The notes beneath the pieces were generated by a model, which ran no database searches, had not been told where the DNA came from, and worked only from the letters and a program-made list of their open reading frames with translations. From Thermoproteota archaeon (GTDB lineage Archaea > Korarchaeota > Korarchaeia > Korarchaeales > Korarchaeaceae), in NCBI GenBank assembly GCA_026986575.1, contig JALSOH010000001.1, positions 1 through 56,775 of the forward strand: a stretch of DNA of 56,775 nucleotides, read 5' to 3'. This document shows positions 10,360 to 20,789 of this stretch, in pieces. Numbering within the stretch: the first letter of the stretch is position 1; each line of letters opens with the position of its first letter. The position numbers and the translations under genes were made by a program.

Positions 10360-11463
10360 ATGACTTCAGAGGTCGTGTACTTCCTGCGCGAGCTCGTGAG
10401 GGTGAAGAGCTTCTCGGGTGATGAGGGCGAGTTAGCATCCCTGATAAAGGAGGAGCTGGGTAGGATCGGGATAGATAGGGTCTGGACCGACGAAGTGGGT
10501 AATGTGATAGCCGAGATACGGGGAGGAGACAACGGCCTCCTGCTCTTCGATGCCCACATGGACACAGTACCTGAGGGGGATCTGAGGAACTGGAGGAGGG
10601 ATCCCTTCTCCGCTGATGTGGTTGAGGGTCATGTATACGGCAGGGGCTCCGTCGACATGAAAGGCGGCCTCGCAGCTATGGTCCACTCCACTTCCTTGGT
10701 TGGAGAGGAAGATGCGGACTTGGTTTACGCATTCGTGGTACACGAGGAGGATCAGGAGGGCTTCGGGATAAGACATGTGATCGATTCCTTGGGTAAGAGG
10801 CCGGACCTCGTCGTGCTGGGTGAACCGACCTCCCTAAACTTATCTAGGGGACACAGGGGGAGGGCTGAGGTGCTCGTGACCCTGATGGGGAGGACCGCAC
10901 ACTCGAGCATGCCGGAACTTGGGGAGAACTGCCTCCATAAGATCTGCGCATACCTCTCCGAACTTCGGGACTTGGAGATGAACTCCCATCCCCTCCTCGG
11001 GGAGGGTTCGGTCGAACCTGTAGACGTGGAGGTCAGTCCGGGCACGATACCCGTCATCCCAGACAGGTGCATGATCCTCCTCGACAGGAGAACCGTCCCC
11101 GGAGAGACCAAGGAGTACGTGGAGGCCCAGCTGGGGGGCAGAGTTGTCAGGAGGAGACTGAGATGCTATACCGGTTACGAGGAGGATGTGGAGGCGTGGT
11201 TTCCTGCTTGGGTGAACGAGGATCCCTCCTTGGGAGGGCTCGCCCGCATACTGGGGGGTGAACTCATGGTGTGGAGGTTCGGCACCGATGGCTCCTACAC
11301 GGCCGGCGAGGCCGGCATACCTACGATAGGCTACGGTCCCGGCAATCAGGAGATGGCCCACCAGCCTAACGAGATGGTCCCGATAAAGGAGGTGGAGAGG
11401 GCGGTTAAGGGATATGCTGAGATCGTGAGGTGGTTCTCTAGTCTCCGACGTACCTCAAGGTGA
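10360..11463 (+). CDS. M20 family metallopeptidase/deacylase (ArgE/YgeY-like)
   Basis: DAHMDTV, GRGSVDMKG, HEE, GEPT, FGTDG, GYGPG..AHQPNE. Confidence 0.9.
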   Translation: MTSEVVYFLRELVRVKSFSGDEGELASLIKEELGRIGIDRVWTDEVGNVIAEIRGGDNGLLLFDAHMDTVPEGDLRNWRRDPFSADVVEGHVYGRGSVDMKGGLAAMVHSTSLVGEEDADLVYAFVVHEEDQEGFGIRHVIDSLGKRPDLVVLGEPTSLNLSRGHRGRAEVLVTLMGRTAHSSMPELGENCLHKICAYLSELRDLEMNSHPLLGEGSVEPVDVEVSPGTIPVIPDRCMILLDRRTVPGETKEYVEAQLGGRVVRRRLRCYTGYEEDVEAWFPAWVNEDPSLGGLARILGGELMVWRFGTDGSYTAGEAGIPTIGYGPGNQEMAHQPNEMVPIKEVERAVKGYAEIVRWFSSLRRTSR

Positions 11464-12595
11464 TGTCCCCGCTGGTCGAATGTGCCCACACGACGAACTC
11501 TTGGGATGACTCGGTACCGACTATCCCTCGGGCAAATCTCTTGGTTACGCTCGTGATGCTCCTATCCTCCCCGGAGTGGAGGAGGCGTATGCTCTCGAAT
11601 TTGACGTCACCACTCGTTGTCTCGGCCGTTACGTTCAGGAAGATGTCATCATCCTTACTCAGATCCAAGACGATGTCGCCACTAGTAGTATCGGTGAAGA
11701 AGCCCCTCGATCCGCTTATACTGGGGTAAACCCCATAACATGCATGCACGCGACCCATTATGTCTCCGCTGATAGTTTTGACATCGCCGGAGTGCCCGAT
11801 CCTCACATCGAGGTTCACATCCCCGCTCGTTGTCCTCACCTGTAGACTCGCATACGTTCCTTTAACGATCACATCCCCACTGACAGTCCTCAATTCAGCG
11901 TCTAATCCACCCGTCTCCATCTCTACATCCCCGCTGACGGACTCCACCATAGCTAGCGTGGTCTCACACCCTTTAGGTATGAGAATCTCCATGCGGAGCT
12001 CCGGCTTGTACACCGGGAAACCCACTAGGATCAGAGGCCTTTCATACTCCGTGTATATGCTGAGCTGGGAGGGCTCACCAACTGAATCGCTCTCCCAATA
12101 GGTCAAAGATATACTCTTCCTAATCTCCTCGACCAAATTGGCTGGAGCCATCATTTTCACGGTTAAATTGTCCTCATCACCGCTCATTATCCTTATGCTG
12201 AAGGGTACCGCCGTCACATTAAGTACCAGCGTGCCGTTGCACTTGAAGCTGCCTAGGGTTACGGTAGAGTGCGGCGCGGGCTCCGCGAACTTCATCCCCA
12301 AGGCCCTGCCTGCGTGAACAGAAACCGTCATGAACACCATTGACAGGGCTAGGGACACCAGCACGACGACTAGGACCTTGACCAACTCCCTTTTAACGGC
12401 AGACGCCCTCCTCATCAAGTAGCTGAGGGTCAGCAGTACCAGCCCCAAGCCTATCAAGATGGCCGCCTTGCCGTAGTCGGGTATGCTCCACCAGGGCAGG
12501 TACTCCAGCGATAGGACCAAGACTCCCACGAACAGGAAGAACTTTCCGGCGCCGAGCAGGGCCCTATTCAAGGAGATCACCTCCCTCACTACCAC
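11438..12595 (-). CDS. Membrane protein with DUF4097-type (adhesin-like) beta-strand repeats
   Basis: Three N-terminal TM helices followed by repeated T.SGDV motifs. Confidence 0.8.
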   Translation of the reverse strand: MVVREVISLNRALLGAGKFFLFVGVLVLSLEYLPWWSIPDYGKAAILIGLGLVLLTLSYLMRRASAVKRELVKVLVVVLVSLALSMVFMTVSVHAGRALGMKFAEPAPHSTVTLGSFKCNGTLVLNVTAVPFSIRIMSGDEDNLTVKMMAPANLVEEIRKSISLTYWESDSVGEPSQLSIYTEYERPLILVGFPVYKPELRMEILIPKGCETTLAMVESVSGDVEMETGGLDAELRTVSGDVIVKGTYASLQVRTTSGDVNLDVRIGHSGDVKTISGDIMGRVHACYGVYPSISGSRGFFTDTTSGDIVLDLSKDDDIFLNVTAETTSGDVKFESIRLLHSGEDRSITSVTKRFARGIVGTESSQEFVVWAHSTSGDITLRYVGD

Positions 12596-12992
12596 CGTTC
12601 CCTCGACCGTCTCCCGCCCCGTTCGACCTCAGTCCCTCTGTTCTCCCCTTGAGACCCAGCACCACCATCAGAATGCCCAAGAGGATCAGGGCCACGGGCC
12701 AGTTTACTTCGATCTGCGGGAACATCTCTTTGAGGAGCCAGTAAACGCCTCCGAGTATGAGGATGACACCAACTAACAAGGCGAAGTCGCCGTTCCCCTC
12801 CTCGCGCTCGACCCTCTCGTAACCGTACCTCCCTCTCACATAGGAGGCTGATACTAGGAGGGTGGTGAATATCGCCGCTAGACCGTGGTGGATCCACGCT
12901 AGGAGCACCACTAGCACAGCTATGCCACCTGAGGATAGGTGTCTCTCCATTGCCTCGCCTAAATCGGCCAGGAAGTCCACTACCTGTCCCAT
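12564..12992 (-). CDS. Small membrane protein (LiaF/DUF5668-like C-terminal hairpin)
   Basis: GVILILGGVYWLL..WPVALILLGILMV; overlaps the next gene. Confidence 0.6.
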   Translation of the reverse strand: MGQVVDFLADLGEAMERHLSSGGIAVLVVLLAWIHHGLAAIFTTLLVSASYVRGRYGYERVEREEGNGDFALLVGVILILGGVYWLLKEMFPQIEVNWPVALILLGILMVVLGLKGRTEGLRSNGAGDGRGNGGSEGGDLLE

Positions 12993-13077
12993 GTGGACAC
13001 CACTATGGATCTCAAACCTCAGCTAATAGAGATGGTTGAAGAGAAACGTTTGACGAGGGTCGTCTTCATCCTTGTAG

Positions 13078-13845
13078 CTAGCCCAGCACCAGACTAACGC
13101 CACCCACCGAGTCCAGCACGACCCTCCCGGCGAAGATGCCGACTGCTGCCACCACGAACGACTCGTTGGGATTCAACTTGAGGGAATGCCTAGCCGAGGT
13201 CATCAGTAGGTAGAAGAACCAGACGAGACACGCCTTGGGGACGGCGGAGGAGATCAGGTATGAGGGAACTCCCACCAGTTCGGCCACCGACTCGGGGTGT
13301 GCGACGATGAGGGACGATACGAAGAGGGGGAGGAGTGTTGCGGGGAAGGAGACTAGGAATCTGCCGTAATCTTCGGCATTGTACCCTACCTTGGCTCCGG
13401 CTAGGGAGAAGACCAGAGGGGAGAGGGCGTTTCCAATTAAGGATGGAATGCCAAAGTATCTGATCGTGGATAGAATTGCCGCCAAACCTATGAGCAGTGA
13501 TAGGGCTATGAAAGAAGGTTTAAGCTCGGCTAGAGCCCTGAAACCGATAAAGGGCCTCAGAATCAGATCCAAGGGCGATTCTACCCGGGAAGCGCCGATT
13601 GATCCCTCCTCGATGACGAGCATGGCCCTGTAGGCCCTCCACCCATCCTCAGTCAGTTCGTAGAGCCCCCTGTTGGAGGTTATGAGGCCCCTCATCTTCT
13701 CCAAATGGTGGTTGAGGGTGCCTGTCGTGAGGCCGGTCTTCCTGAGGAGGGAGGTATAGGTCTGGGGGCCCTCCTCGGCCAGCGATCTCAGGATGATCCT
13801 CCTAGTCTTATGCGCCAAGGCATGAAACAGTTTATCTTCTTCCAT
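13078..13845 (-). CDS. ArsR-type winged-helix regulator fused to a polytopic membrane domain
   Basis: LFHALAHKTRRIILRSL..TTGTLNHHL..YELTEDG followed by about 5 TM segments. Confidence 0.8.
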   Translation of the reverse strand: MEEDKLFHALAHKTRRIILRSLAEEGPQTYTSLLRKTGLTTGTLNHHLEKMRGLITSNRGLYELTEDGWRAYRAMLVIEEGSIGASRVESPLDLILRPFIGFRALAELKPSFIALSLLIGLAAILSTIRYFGIPSLIGNALSPLVFSLAGAKVGYNAEDYGRFLVSFPATLLPLFVSSLIVAHPESVAELVGVPSYLISSAVPKACLVWFFYLLMTSARHSLKLNPNESFVVAAVGIFAGRVVLDSVGGVSLVLG

Positions 13846-13886
13846 CCCGTCCGGAATTGGTGACGGAACTTAAAATGTTACTGGGG

Positions 13887-14162
13887 TCAGCTCGCAGGCA
13901 GGAAGGCGCCTAGGAGTAGCAGGGCCAGTATGGCGACTAGGATCCACCTGATAATCCCTGATATCTTGGCTATGAGGGTGACTAGCACGAGCAGCTCAAT
14001 TATCGTCGCGACCGCGCCAGCCACGGGTTCGCTCATCCCGACCTTGGTGAGGAGGGGGAGGAGCGTATCCTTCACTAGGGAGTCCATCCAGTTAGCTAGG
14101 CGGATCGGCAGTTCCTTCAGGAACTCTGTCAGATCGATGCTCATCATTCTAGGCTCTCCCAC
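13887..14162 (-). CDS. Small hypothetical membrane protein
   Basis: Two C-terminal hydrophobic helices, coupled to the upstream gene. Confidence 0.6.
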   Translation of the reverse strand: MGEPRMMSIDLTEFLKELPIRLANWMDSLVKDTLLPLLTKVGMSEPVAGAVATIIELLVLVTLIAKISGIIRWILVAILALLLLGAFLPAS

Positions 14163-14449
14163 CTGAAGACGTCCATAAATATGCAGGCCGTCGTCCTGAT
14201 GTTGAGGCTCCTCATTAACCTATAGATCAAGCCACCCGATAGCTGCCCGAGAAAGAAAGCTCCCACGAGAACTGGAAAGGTTATGAGAGCCCATCCGAGT
14301 CCCGAAAGGAACCTCAAGGCTATGACCATTATGACGGGAATATGTATCGCTAGAAACCACTGCCTGCTAGCTCTCCTCACGTGAGCTCTCCAGTAGCCGA
14401 AAGGGAGGTTCATCAGGAACACGACAAGAGCTAGCTGTGCAAGATCCAT
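14144..14449 (-). CDS. Conserved small membrane protein (NLPFGYWR..WFLAIH.P type)
   Basis: Motif and 3 TM helices; start taken at MDLAQL. Confidence 0.7.
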   Translation of the reverse strand: MDLAQLALVVFLMNLPFGYWRAHVRRASRQWFLAIHIPVIMVIALRFLSGLGWALITFPVLVGAFFLGQLSGGLIYRLMRSLNIRTTACIFMDVFRWESLE

Positions 14450-14740
14450 TTCGCATCCTGAATGGGAGGGGAATAGCATTAATTATACTTTCGCACGCCT
14501 TTCCTAGAGGATTGCACTCCTCAAGTTCTACCGATGGATAGTATCCACTCCCCCTCTTACCCTTCATCTCACATAACATAAGTTAGAGTTTTAGAGTATA
14601 AGATAAGAAGAGAAGAAGAGATGCTTAAGGCCCTGCTAGATCCCTTATCGATCTTGAATTTTGAAGGAATCGTTTACCGTGGCGCGCAAGGGTTAGTCAC
14701 CAGATTACCCGCTCGGGTAGCTCCGAGCTATAGGTGCTAC

Positions 14741-15352
14741 CTAAGTTTCTTTACTAACAATTCCCGAATCGTTCAAAGGCTTAAAAGGGGTCAATTCCCT
14801 TAGTGCTTCAACAACCCATATGCCTCTCTTCTCTGCCTCTCTTATGGATTCAGGAGTCGCCCAGAGAGTGTATATCACCGCAAGTATCTTCTTGTCCCTG
14901 ATGTCCGGGACCTTCCTCCTCACTTCCTCCACCAACCCCAAGATCCTCTTCACCAGACCCACGCCCAAGCGAGTGGTGACCTCTCCGATGACGCATAGGT
15001 CATCGGCACAACCGTAGATGTCCACCTCAAGTCCCTCGATGAAGAGTCTCCTCAGACTTATGTCGATGCCCTTCTCCCTCAACTTATAGGAAATGACCTC
15101 CCTAGCTTCCTCCTCAAGAGATATGCTCGTTCTGTCCATGTATGAGCGAATTTCCTTTATTTTCTCCACTATCTCGTTGAATTTCCTGTCGTGCTCGGCC
15201 AGCTTGGCGACTATCTCGTTGAATTTCCTGTCGTGCTCGGCCAGCTTCCTGAGGATCTCCTCCATCCCGAGGAGGCCAGCCACCGCATACTTGAACTCCT
15301 CATCCTCCCTGAGCAGGGTGAGGATCTTCCTCTTCAAGTCCCAGCTGCTCAT
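14741..15352 (-). CDS. Archaeal coiled-coil protein with C-terminal PD-(D/E)XK-like domain (DUF3782/paREP-like)
   Basis: LLREDEEFKYAVAGLLG, repeated LAEHDRKFNEIV, EVDIYG..IGEV. Confidence 0.75.
   Translation of the reverse strand: MSSWDLKRKILTLLREDEEFKYAVAGLLGMEEILRKLAEHDRKFNEIVAKLAEHDRKFNEIVEKIKEIRSYMDRTSISLEEEAREVISYKLREKGIDISLRRLFIEGLEVDIYGCADDLCVIGEVTTRLGVGLVKRILGLVEEVRRKVPDIRDKKILAVIYTLWATPESIREAEKRGIWVVEALRELTPFKPLNDSGIVSKET
15168..15247. repeat. 42-bp-period tandem repeat (two identical 38-bp units) encoding coiled-coil heptads
   Basis: actatctcgttgaatttcctgtcgtgctcggccagctt at 15168-15205 and 15210-15247. Confidence 0.95.
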
Positions 15353-15682
15353 TCATCTACCGATGGAAGGTGGTTAAGATGAAGTCAAAAACCTTTCGTT
15401 GAGCCTCCGCGCCTTGATTCAATGGATAGGTGCTGGATCCCCTTACCCCCTTAATCTTTATGGCCTCTTCACATCTGCATCAATTTCAATTGCATTCTTC
15501 CTTAAGATCCCTGGGACCCTCAAGATACCATTTAGTAGCTTTACGCCAACCTCTCAATGCTTTGCACGACTTTTCAACTTATAAGCTTTCGTATTTGCTG
15601 TAATTCATAAACCAATCGGACCTATAACCTGTTTCAGGGCTCAAATGAAGCGGTAAGGTTATACTCGATCCCCCCCCAAAAG

Positions 15683-15711
15683 TATTATAATGTAAACTTA
15701 CTTAGGTTAAC
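15683..15711 (+). promoter_or_regulatory. TATA box followed by an imperfect inverted repeat (candidate operator)
   Basis: TATTATAA at 15683-15690, then GTAAACTTACTTAGGTTAAC at 15692-15711 directly before ATG 15712. Confidence 0.45.
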
Positions 15712-16483
15712 ATGGGTACCAAAGTGAGGGTGCTGGCCTATCCTCGAGCTTGGCCCGTTCCATGGACCGGTTGGCCCCTAGTCCTCTCAACCTTAGCAAA
15801 GAGCCATCAGTGCGGCGATTCCGCTCGGATTCGCGGCACTTGTCTTAGAGAAGGATAAGATCGCCGTCCTTTCATTAGCCCTCATGGTCACCGGAACGGT
15901 GATCCTTTTCATCTCTAGGGGGAGGCGTGTAGAGATCTCTGACAGGTCTGTGATCCTAGTCTATGGGATCCTCAAGAGAGAAGTCAGGTTTTCCGACATC
16001 GGAGAGCTGTTGAGTGGGGGTGACCTGTCGGGTCTCCTCCTAGCTAGAACTCTTCCCAAGCTAGCGATATCGATGGTGATCTCGACACTGTCCGGGTGCT
16101 GGGCTCTGCATTGGTTCCTCGCCCGCGTCTGGGACACACCCCTCGCTGCAATAGCCTCCCTAGCTGGAGGGATGTCGCTCCAGTACTCCCTAATGATATC
16201 TACGATCTCACCTAGTGGGGGGAGGAAGTTCGGCTATGGGCATATCTTAGGAATGTCAGTTGGAGCCATTACATTAGCTTTATCCTTAATATCTCCAGAT
16301 GGGGTCAAGCTTACCTTGATGCTGATAGGTGGCAGCTCACTCCTCCTCTCACTCGCGTTCTCCGTAGCTCCTGGTAGGATGAAGGGGATAGTTCTGATAA
16401 GATCTGTGGACGGAAGCGTTCACCCACTTATCGCCCAGGACGGAGTTAAACTGATGGAAGAACTCACGCGCGCAGAATACTGA
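15712..16483 (+). pseudogene. Membrane protein (PH-like segment plus TMs), frameshifted near 15800; paralog of 16530..17351
   Basis: ATG 15712 gives MGTKVRVLAYPRAWPVPWTG; removing one A at gcaaagagcc joins it to RAISAAIPLG... in the frame of ORF 15884..16483. Confidence 0.6.
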
Positions 16484-16529
16484 AGAATCTCGGAGGGAGC
16501 TTTAGGATTGAGGGGGTCGGGGTCAGGAG

Positions 16530-17351
16530 ATGGGGACGTTGCCTGACTGTGAGGGAAGGGCCTCCTCTCCACCATGGACGGGAATAAGATCTCTGCTCTT
16601 CGCCGTAGGGGGAGCGATTTCATCAGGTGGAGTCGTTTTCTCCCTCCTATCGGCGATGCTCGGGGCTTCACTCTCGAGATCTCTCTCATATCTGACTCTC
16701 TCCCTGGGGATCGGGATCATACTCTTGGCCCTCAGCACTGCGAGGGTCTACTTGGAGGACTCGTACATATTGGTGAAGGGAAGGCTCCTTCCTACTGAGA
16801 GGTACCAACTGTCCTCATTGGTGGAGTTCATCGATCTGACCTCGGTCAAGTGGTTCGTGGCCCTTCGCAGGATACCCGGTCTCCTGATGAGTACTGCATC
16901 AAACCTGATGGCTACGACTGCCGCGTTCCTGTGGGCCTATTTGAAGGCATTACCTCCTACTTTAGCCGTTATAGGGGCTGTGCTCTCAGGAATATGCTTC
17001 GTGTCTCTGGAGATATCTGTGCTGATCTCCCCAAGCTTAGGAAGAAATCAGCTCGATAACCGCTTCATCGGGATATCTTCCCTAGCCACCCTGATTATGG
17101 GCATCTCTGTGTTGGTCCAAGGATTTCCCGGAAACTCTCTAGAGAGGATGGCCACGGCAGGCTCGATGACCGGAGTCGGCCTTGCGGGAATGATCAATGC
17201 CTTGCTGAGTAGATCGAGCACTTGGGGAAGGGTGTTCAGGCTTCGCTTCTCAGGAGGTCGATTGATCTACGTATCCCTCCCCTCCCTTGACGATGCAATT
17301 TCCTTCAAGAGAACTGTGATGGAGGCCATTAAGAATGCCGAGACTTCCTGA
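16530..17351 (+). CDS. Polytopic membrane protein
   Basis: MGT..PWTG start and about 6 TM segments; overlaps the downstream HTH gene. Confidence 0.7.
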   Translation: MGTLPDCEGRASSPPWTGIRSLLFAVGGAISSGGVVFSLLSAMLGASLSRSLSYLTLSLGIGIILLALSTARVYLEDSYILVKGRLLPTERYQLSSLVEFIDLTSVKWFVALRRIPGLLMSTASNLMATTAAFLWAYLKALPPTLAVIGAVLSGICFVSLEISVLISPSLGRNQLDNRFIGISSLATLIMGISVLVQGFPGNSLERMATAGSMTGVGLAGMINALLSRSSTWGRVFRLRFSGGRLIYVSLPSLDDAISFKRTVMEAIKNAETS

Positions 17352-17766
17352 TAGAATGGAGGAGGTCTGGACTCTGACAGCTAGGGGGTTGAGCGAAGCT
17401 GAAGCTGCAAGAAAGCTGGGGACGACGAGACAAGCGGTGAACAAGATGGTGAAGGAGGCTAGGGCCAGGCTAGCACACTGGTTCGTCGAGAAGGCGGAAT
17501 TCCTCAATTCCGATCTGATAAGGTTAGATTCTGTCAGGGGATTCGCTGTTCTGAGGAGTAGGCAACTCGGGCTGCGGGTCTACGTAATATACGTTCCTAA
17601 AAAGGGTCTCAGAGCAATCTTCGGGATGGAGCCCTTATGCCCAGGGAAGGACAGTGAGAGACACTGCAGAGAGATTGCAAGGGCTGCTGTGGAGTTGGGA
17701 CTTGTGGACGAATCCAGTTCCGATGAGGAGGTGATAAGGCAGCTGATCGGGCTCATGGAAAGTTAG
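17335..17766 (+). CDS. HTH DNA-binding protein (sigma70 region 4-like)
   Basis: GLSEAEAARKLGTTRQAVNKMVKEAR. Confidence 0.8.
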   Translation: MPRLPDRMEEVWTLTARGLSEAEAARKLGTTRQAVNKMVKEARARLAHWFVEKAEFLNSDLIRLDSVRGFAVLRSRQLGLRVYVIYVPKKGLRAIFGMEPLCPGKDSERHCREIARAAVELGLVDESSSDEEVIRQLIGLMES

Positions 17767-17882
17767 TATGCTCCCTACATGGAAGGTGAGGATAACCGGA
17801 CAGCGATTCTTGGGAGCTCGTTTCCCCAATAGCCTGACGATGCTCTTATTACCGCTGTTCACTCGACACATTGGTGGTTTGA

Positions 17883-18889
17883 ATGAGCCCCATGAAACCT
17901 AGACCGCCGTTCGGGAAGGTAGGTGCCTTTCTCTCTGATCTGAGGAGGAGACTGTACCTCTACGTCGTCATAGACATGATAATTGGGATCATCTTGGGAA
18001 ACTGGATGGAGGTCAGCGGACAGTTACTGAGGCACCTGAGCGTAGTGGCCGTCTTCCTGATGCTCTACCCCATGATGATCAGGCTGCCATGGAGAGACTG
18101 AAAGACTCCGCTAAGAACTTCCGGCTCATCGGAGCCTCCTTAATCTATGCTTACGGCATAGGGCCTCTAGTGGCTTACCTAGTGGCCAAGCATCTCCTAC
18201 TACCTTTTCCAGAGCTTTATGCTGCTCTGATCTTGGTGGGAACGATCCCTTGCAGTAATATGATCATAGGATGGTCTGGAATAGCCGGGGCCAGCGTCGA
18301 GGATGCGTTAATCGTTGCCGTAGTGGGCCTTCTCACAATACCCTTCCTCTCTCCCCTACTCACCGGGCTCTACCTAGGATCCCCCCTGCAGGTAAATCTG
18401 GCTAAGCTGTTCCTAGCCTTACTCGGCTACATATTAATGCCGATGGCCTTGGGTTACTACACTAGGAGGACCATTATCAGGAGGAAGGGGATGCCTTACT
18501 TCAAATCACTTGGACAGATCCTGCCGGGTTTCTCAGCTCTTGGAATCGTGCTGATAGTCTTCCTAGCTTCGCTTAAATCCTCCAAGATCGTGCTGAGGGA
18601 GCCCGTTATACTGGGGTTCATAGCGGTCTCGCTCTTGCTGTTCTACCTGATACAGACGATCCTAGCGCTCATCGGCCTCAAGATCCTGAGGTTCGGATAT
18701 GAGACAGGCTTCATATTCCTGCTGGCAGCAATTGCAAGGTCACAAGCTATATCCTTAGCTGTGGCGGCCACCTTCTTCGGCGCCCTAACTACCCTAGCGA
18801 TATCGTTCAAGCCCGTTCTGCAGGTCGCCTATATATTGATGCTCATCTATCCCATGGGTGATTGGCTCAGGAGGTTCATGAAGCATTAG
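17883..18889 (+). pseudogene. acr3: ACR3/bile acid:sodium symporter family transporter split by a frameshift near 18088
   Basis: LMLYPMM in ORF 17883..18101 continues as MERLK..PCSNMIIGW in ORF 18089..18889; one added base at ctgccatgg fuses them. Confidence 0.75.
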
Positions 18890-18920
18890 TTTTTAATGTG
18901 GAAGGATCAGGAGGGGAAAG

Positions 18921-20096
18921 ATGGAGCTATTAGTGATCTCGCCTCACTACAACACCTTCGTCAAGGGCGCTGTTGAAGCTCTAGCCCGGGAAGTAGAGTT
19001 CATTGAGGTGCTCGTCCACCACAACAAGCTGACGGACCTGCTGAGGGCCATACCCTTCGGGGGGTACTTGGACTACGCTAGGAGGTTCACTAGGGAGAAG
19101 CTTCTGAATACGGAAGGGAAGCCCGAAAACGTGAGAATACACTTCATCTCTAAGCCTTACTTCCCTCCCAGCTCGAGGAACCCTAGGGTTGGTGATATAT
19201 TTGCCAAGGAGATGCTCGAAGTCGTTAGGAAGGAGAGAATAGAGGCTAATCTGATCCACGCCCACTTCGTTTGGCCCCCTGGATACATAGGGGCCAAGTT
19301 GAAGGAGGTTCTAGGCCTCCCTCTCGTGATCACCGGGCACGGATATGATGTCTACGACCTTCCCTTCAGAAGCGAGGAGTGGAGGGAGAGGGTGAGTTGG
19401 ACCCTCTCGAGGGCAGACGCGGTGACAACGGTGAGCGGCTCCAACAAGAGGATACTAGTGGATGAGCTGGGATTGAGGGAGGGGGCGGTTCACTTGGTGC
19501 CTAACGGGGTGAGTCGGATCTTCAGACCGATCAGCAGGGAGGAGGCTAGGGAGAAGCTGGGGATCCCGGTGGAGGGTAAGGTGATCCTATCCGTGGGTAG
19601 CCTGATAGAGGTCAAGGGTCACGAATACCTGATCAGGGCCCTTAAGATCGTGAAGGAACGGGGATACAAATTCTTCGCATATCTGGTGGGTGAGGGACAC
19701 CTCAGGGGCAGGTTGGGGAAGCTCATCTCCTCCTTGGGCTTGGAGGAGGTGGCGCTGGTGGGTCCCAAGCCGCACAACGTGATCCCACTGTGGATGAACG
19801 CTGCTGACCTGTTCGTCCTCCCTAGCCTGATGGAAGGCCTGCCAACAGTGATGCTTGAGGCCCTTGCCTGCGGGACCCCCTTCTTGGGGACGAGAGTTGG
19901 GGGAATACCTGAAGTGGTGAGGGAGGGAATCGGCATCCTTGTGGAAGCAGGTCGTCCCGATCTGCTGGCGGACGCGATCGAGGAGGCGCTGGAAAGGGAG
20001 TGGGACCGAGAATCTATTGCTAGGTACGGGAGCCAGTTTTACTGGGACAGGATAGCCGCGAAGTACATCGAGATATACGAGAGGGTAATGGGTTGA
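18921..20096 (+). CDS. Glycosyltransferase family 4
   Basis: IHAH, TGHGYD, VPNGV, KGHEYL, FVLPSLMEGLP..LEALACG.P. Confidence 0.95.
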   Translation: MELLVISPHYNTFVKGAVEALAREVEFIEVLVHHNKLTDLLRAIPFGGYLDYARRFTREKLLNTEGKPENVRIHFISKPYFPPSSRNPRVGDIFAKEMLEVVRKERIEANLIHAHFVWPPGYIGAKLKEVLGLPLVITGHGYDVYDLPFRSEEWRERVSWTLSRADAVTTVSGSNKRILVDELGLREGAVHLVPNGVSRIFRPISREEAREKLGIPVEGKVILSVGSLIEVKGHEYLIRALKIVKERGYKFFAYLVGEGHLRGRLGKLISSLGLEEVALVGPKPHNVIPLWMNAADLFVLPSLMEGLPTVMLEALACGTPFLGTRVGGIPEVVREGIGILVEAGRPDLLADAIEEALEREWDRESIARYGSQFYWDRIAAKYIEIYERVMG

Positions 20097-20104
20097 CCTT
20101 CTCT

Positions 20105-20519
20105 AAGCTTCCTCGCACATCACCACATTCACACCGTGCTCCTCAAGATCTCCCCTCGTCCTTCAGTGATCCTCATCGCATGTCAGAAGTTTCGACGGCC
20201 TAACGGAGGTAGCTATGAGGAGACCCATGTCGGGATAGGTCTCTCCCCTTATCAGCGAGCCTGCCTTGAGCTGAGCAGCCAGTCTCACACCCTCCTCGTC
20301 TAGAGGATAGACGCTCATCCACTTGAGCAGGGAATCGACCCAGAGGATATCCCTATAGTCACCTCTCTCCCTGAGGCGGTAGGCTCCCATCAAAAGCTCG
20401 TAGAGTGAGAGGATCGATACCCTCACATCTCCAGCGTCCTCACTCTCCTTCCTGAGGAGATCAGCAAATTTACCCTTCCGCAGTTCAAGCAGGAAGGAGG
20501 TATCCACCAGGAGCCTCAT
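20105..20519 (-). pseudogene. vapC: VapC PIN toxin, probably ending at a premature stop (20163)
   Basis: LLVDTSFL..YEL..DMGLLIAT..LLTCDEDH*; the reading continues as ..DLEEHGVNVV after the stop. Confidence 0.6.
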
Positions 20520-20655
20520 ATTCTCGCCCTAAAATCTTTCCTAACCCTCCTCACTATGTCCTCAAGTTCAGGGGGAGGGTGGAGCCGAACAGATCTCGAT
20601 TATCTTCCTCACCCTCCTTTCAATGTCTCTCCTTATCAGTTCGTCAATCACATTG
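20516..20655 (-). pseudogene. Remnant of the cognate VapB antitoxin
   Basis: VIDELIRRDIERRVRKII..ELEDIVRRVRKDFRARI* overlaps the vapC start; frame broken and no 5' end found. Confidence 0.5.
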
Positions 20656-20789
20656 GAGAATCTTCAATGGAACCGACGGTGTGGAGGCGATAAACCCCTC
20701 GAATTCGTGGAAAATTGCTTGCAGATCGTCCGTGCCTCAGCGATCATCTCTGCCCTCCATCTTTAAGTTCCTTCACCGCTCATGTCCAT

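Noticed and set aside
14580-14620. Purine-rich low-complexity tract (agataagaagagaagaagag)
   Set aside because: No defined repeat unit; possibly a minus-strand pyrimidine terminator but unsupported
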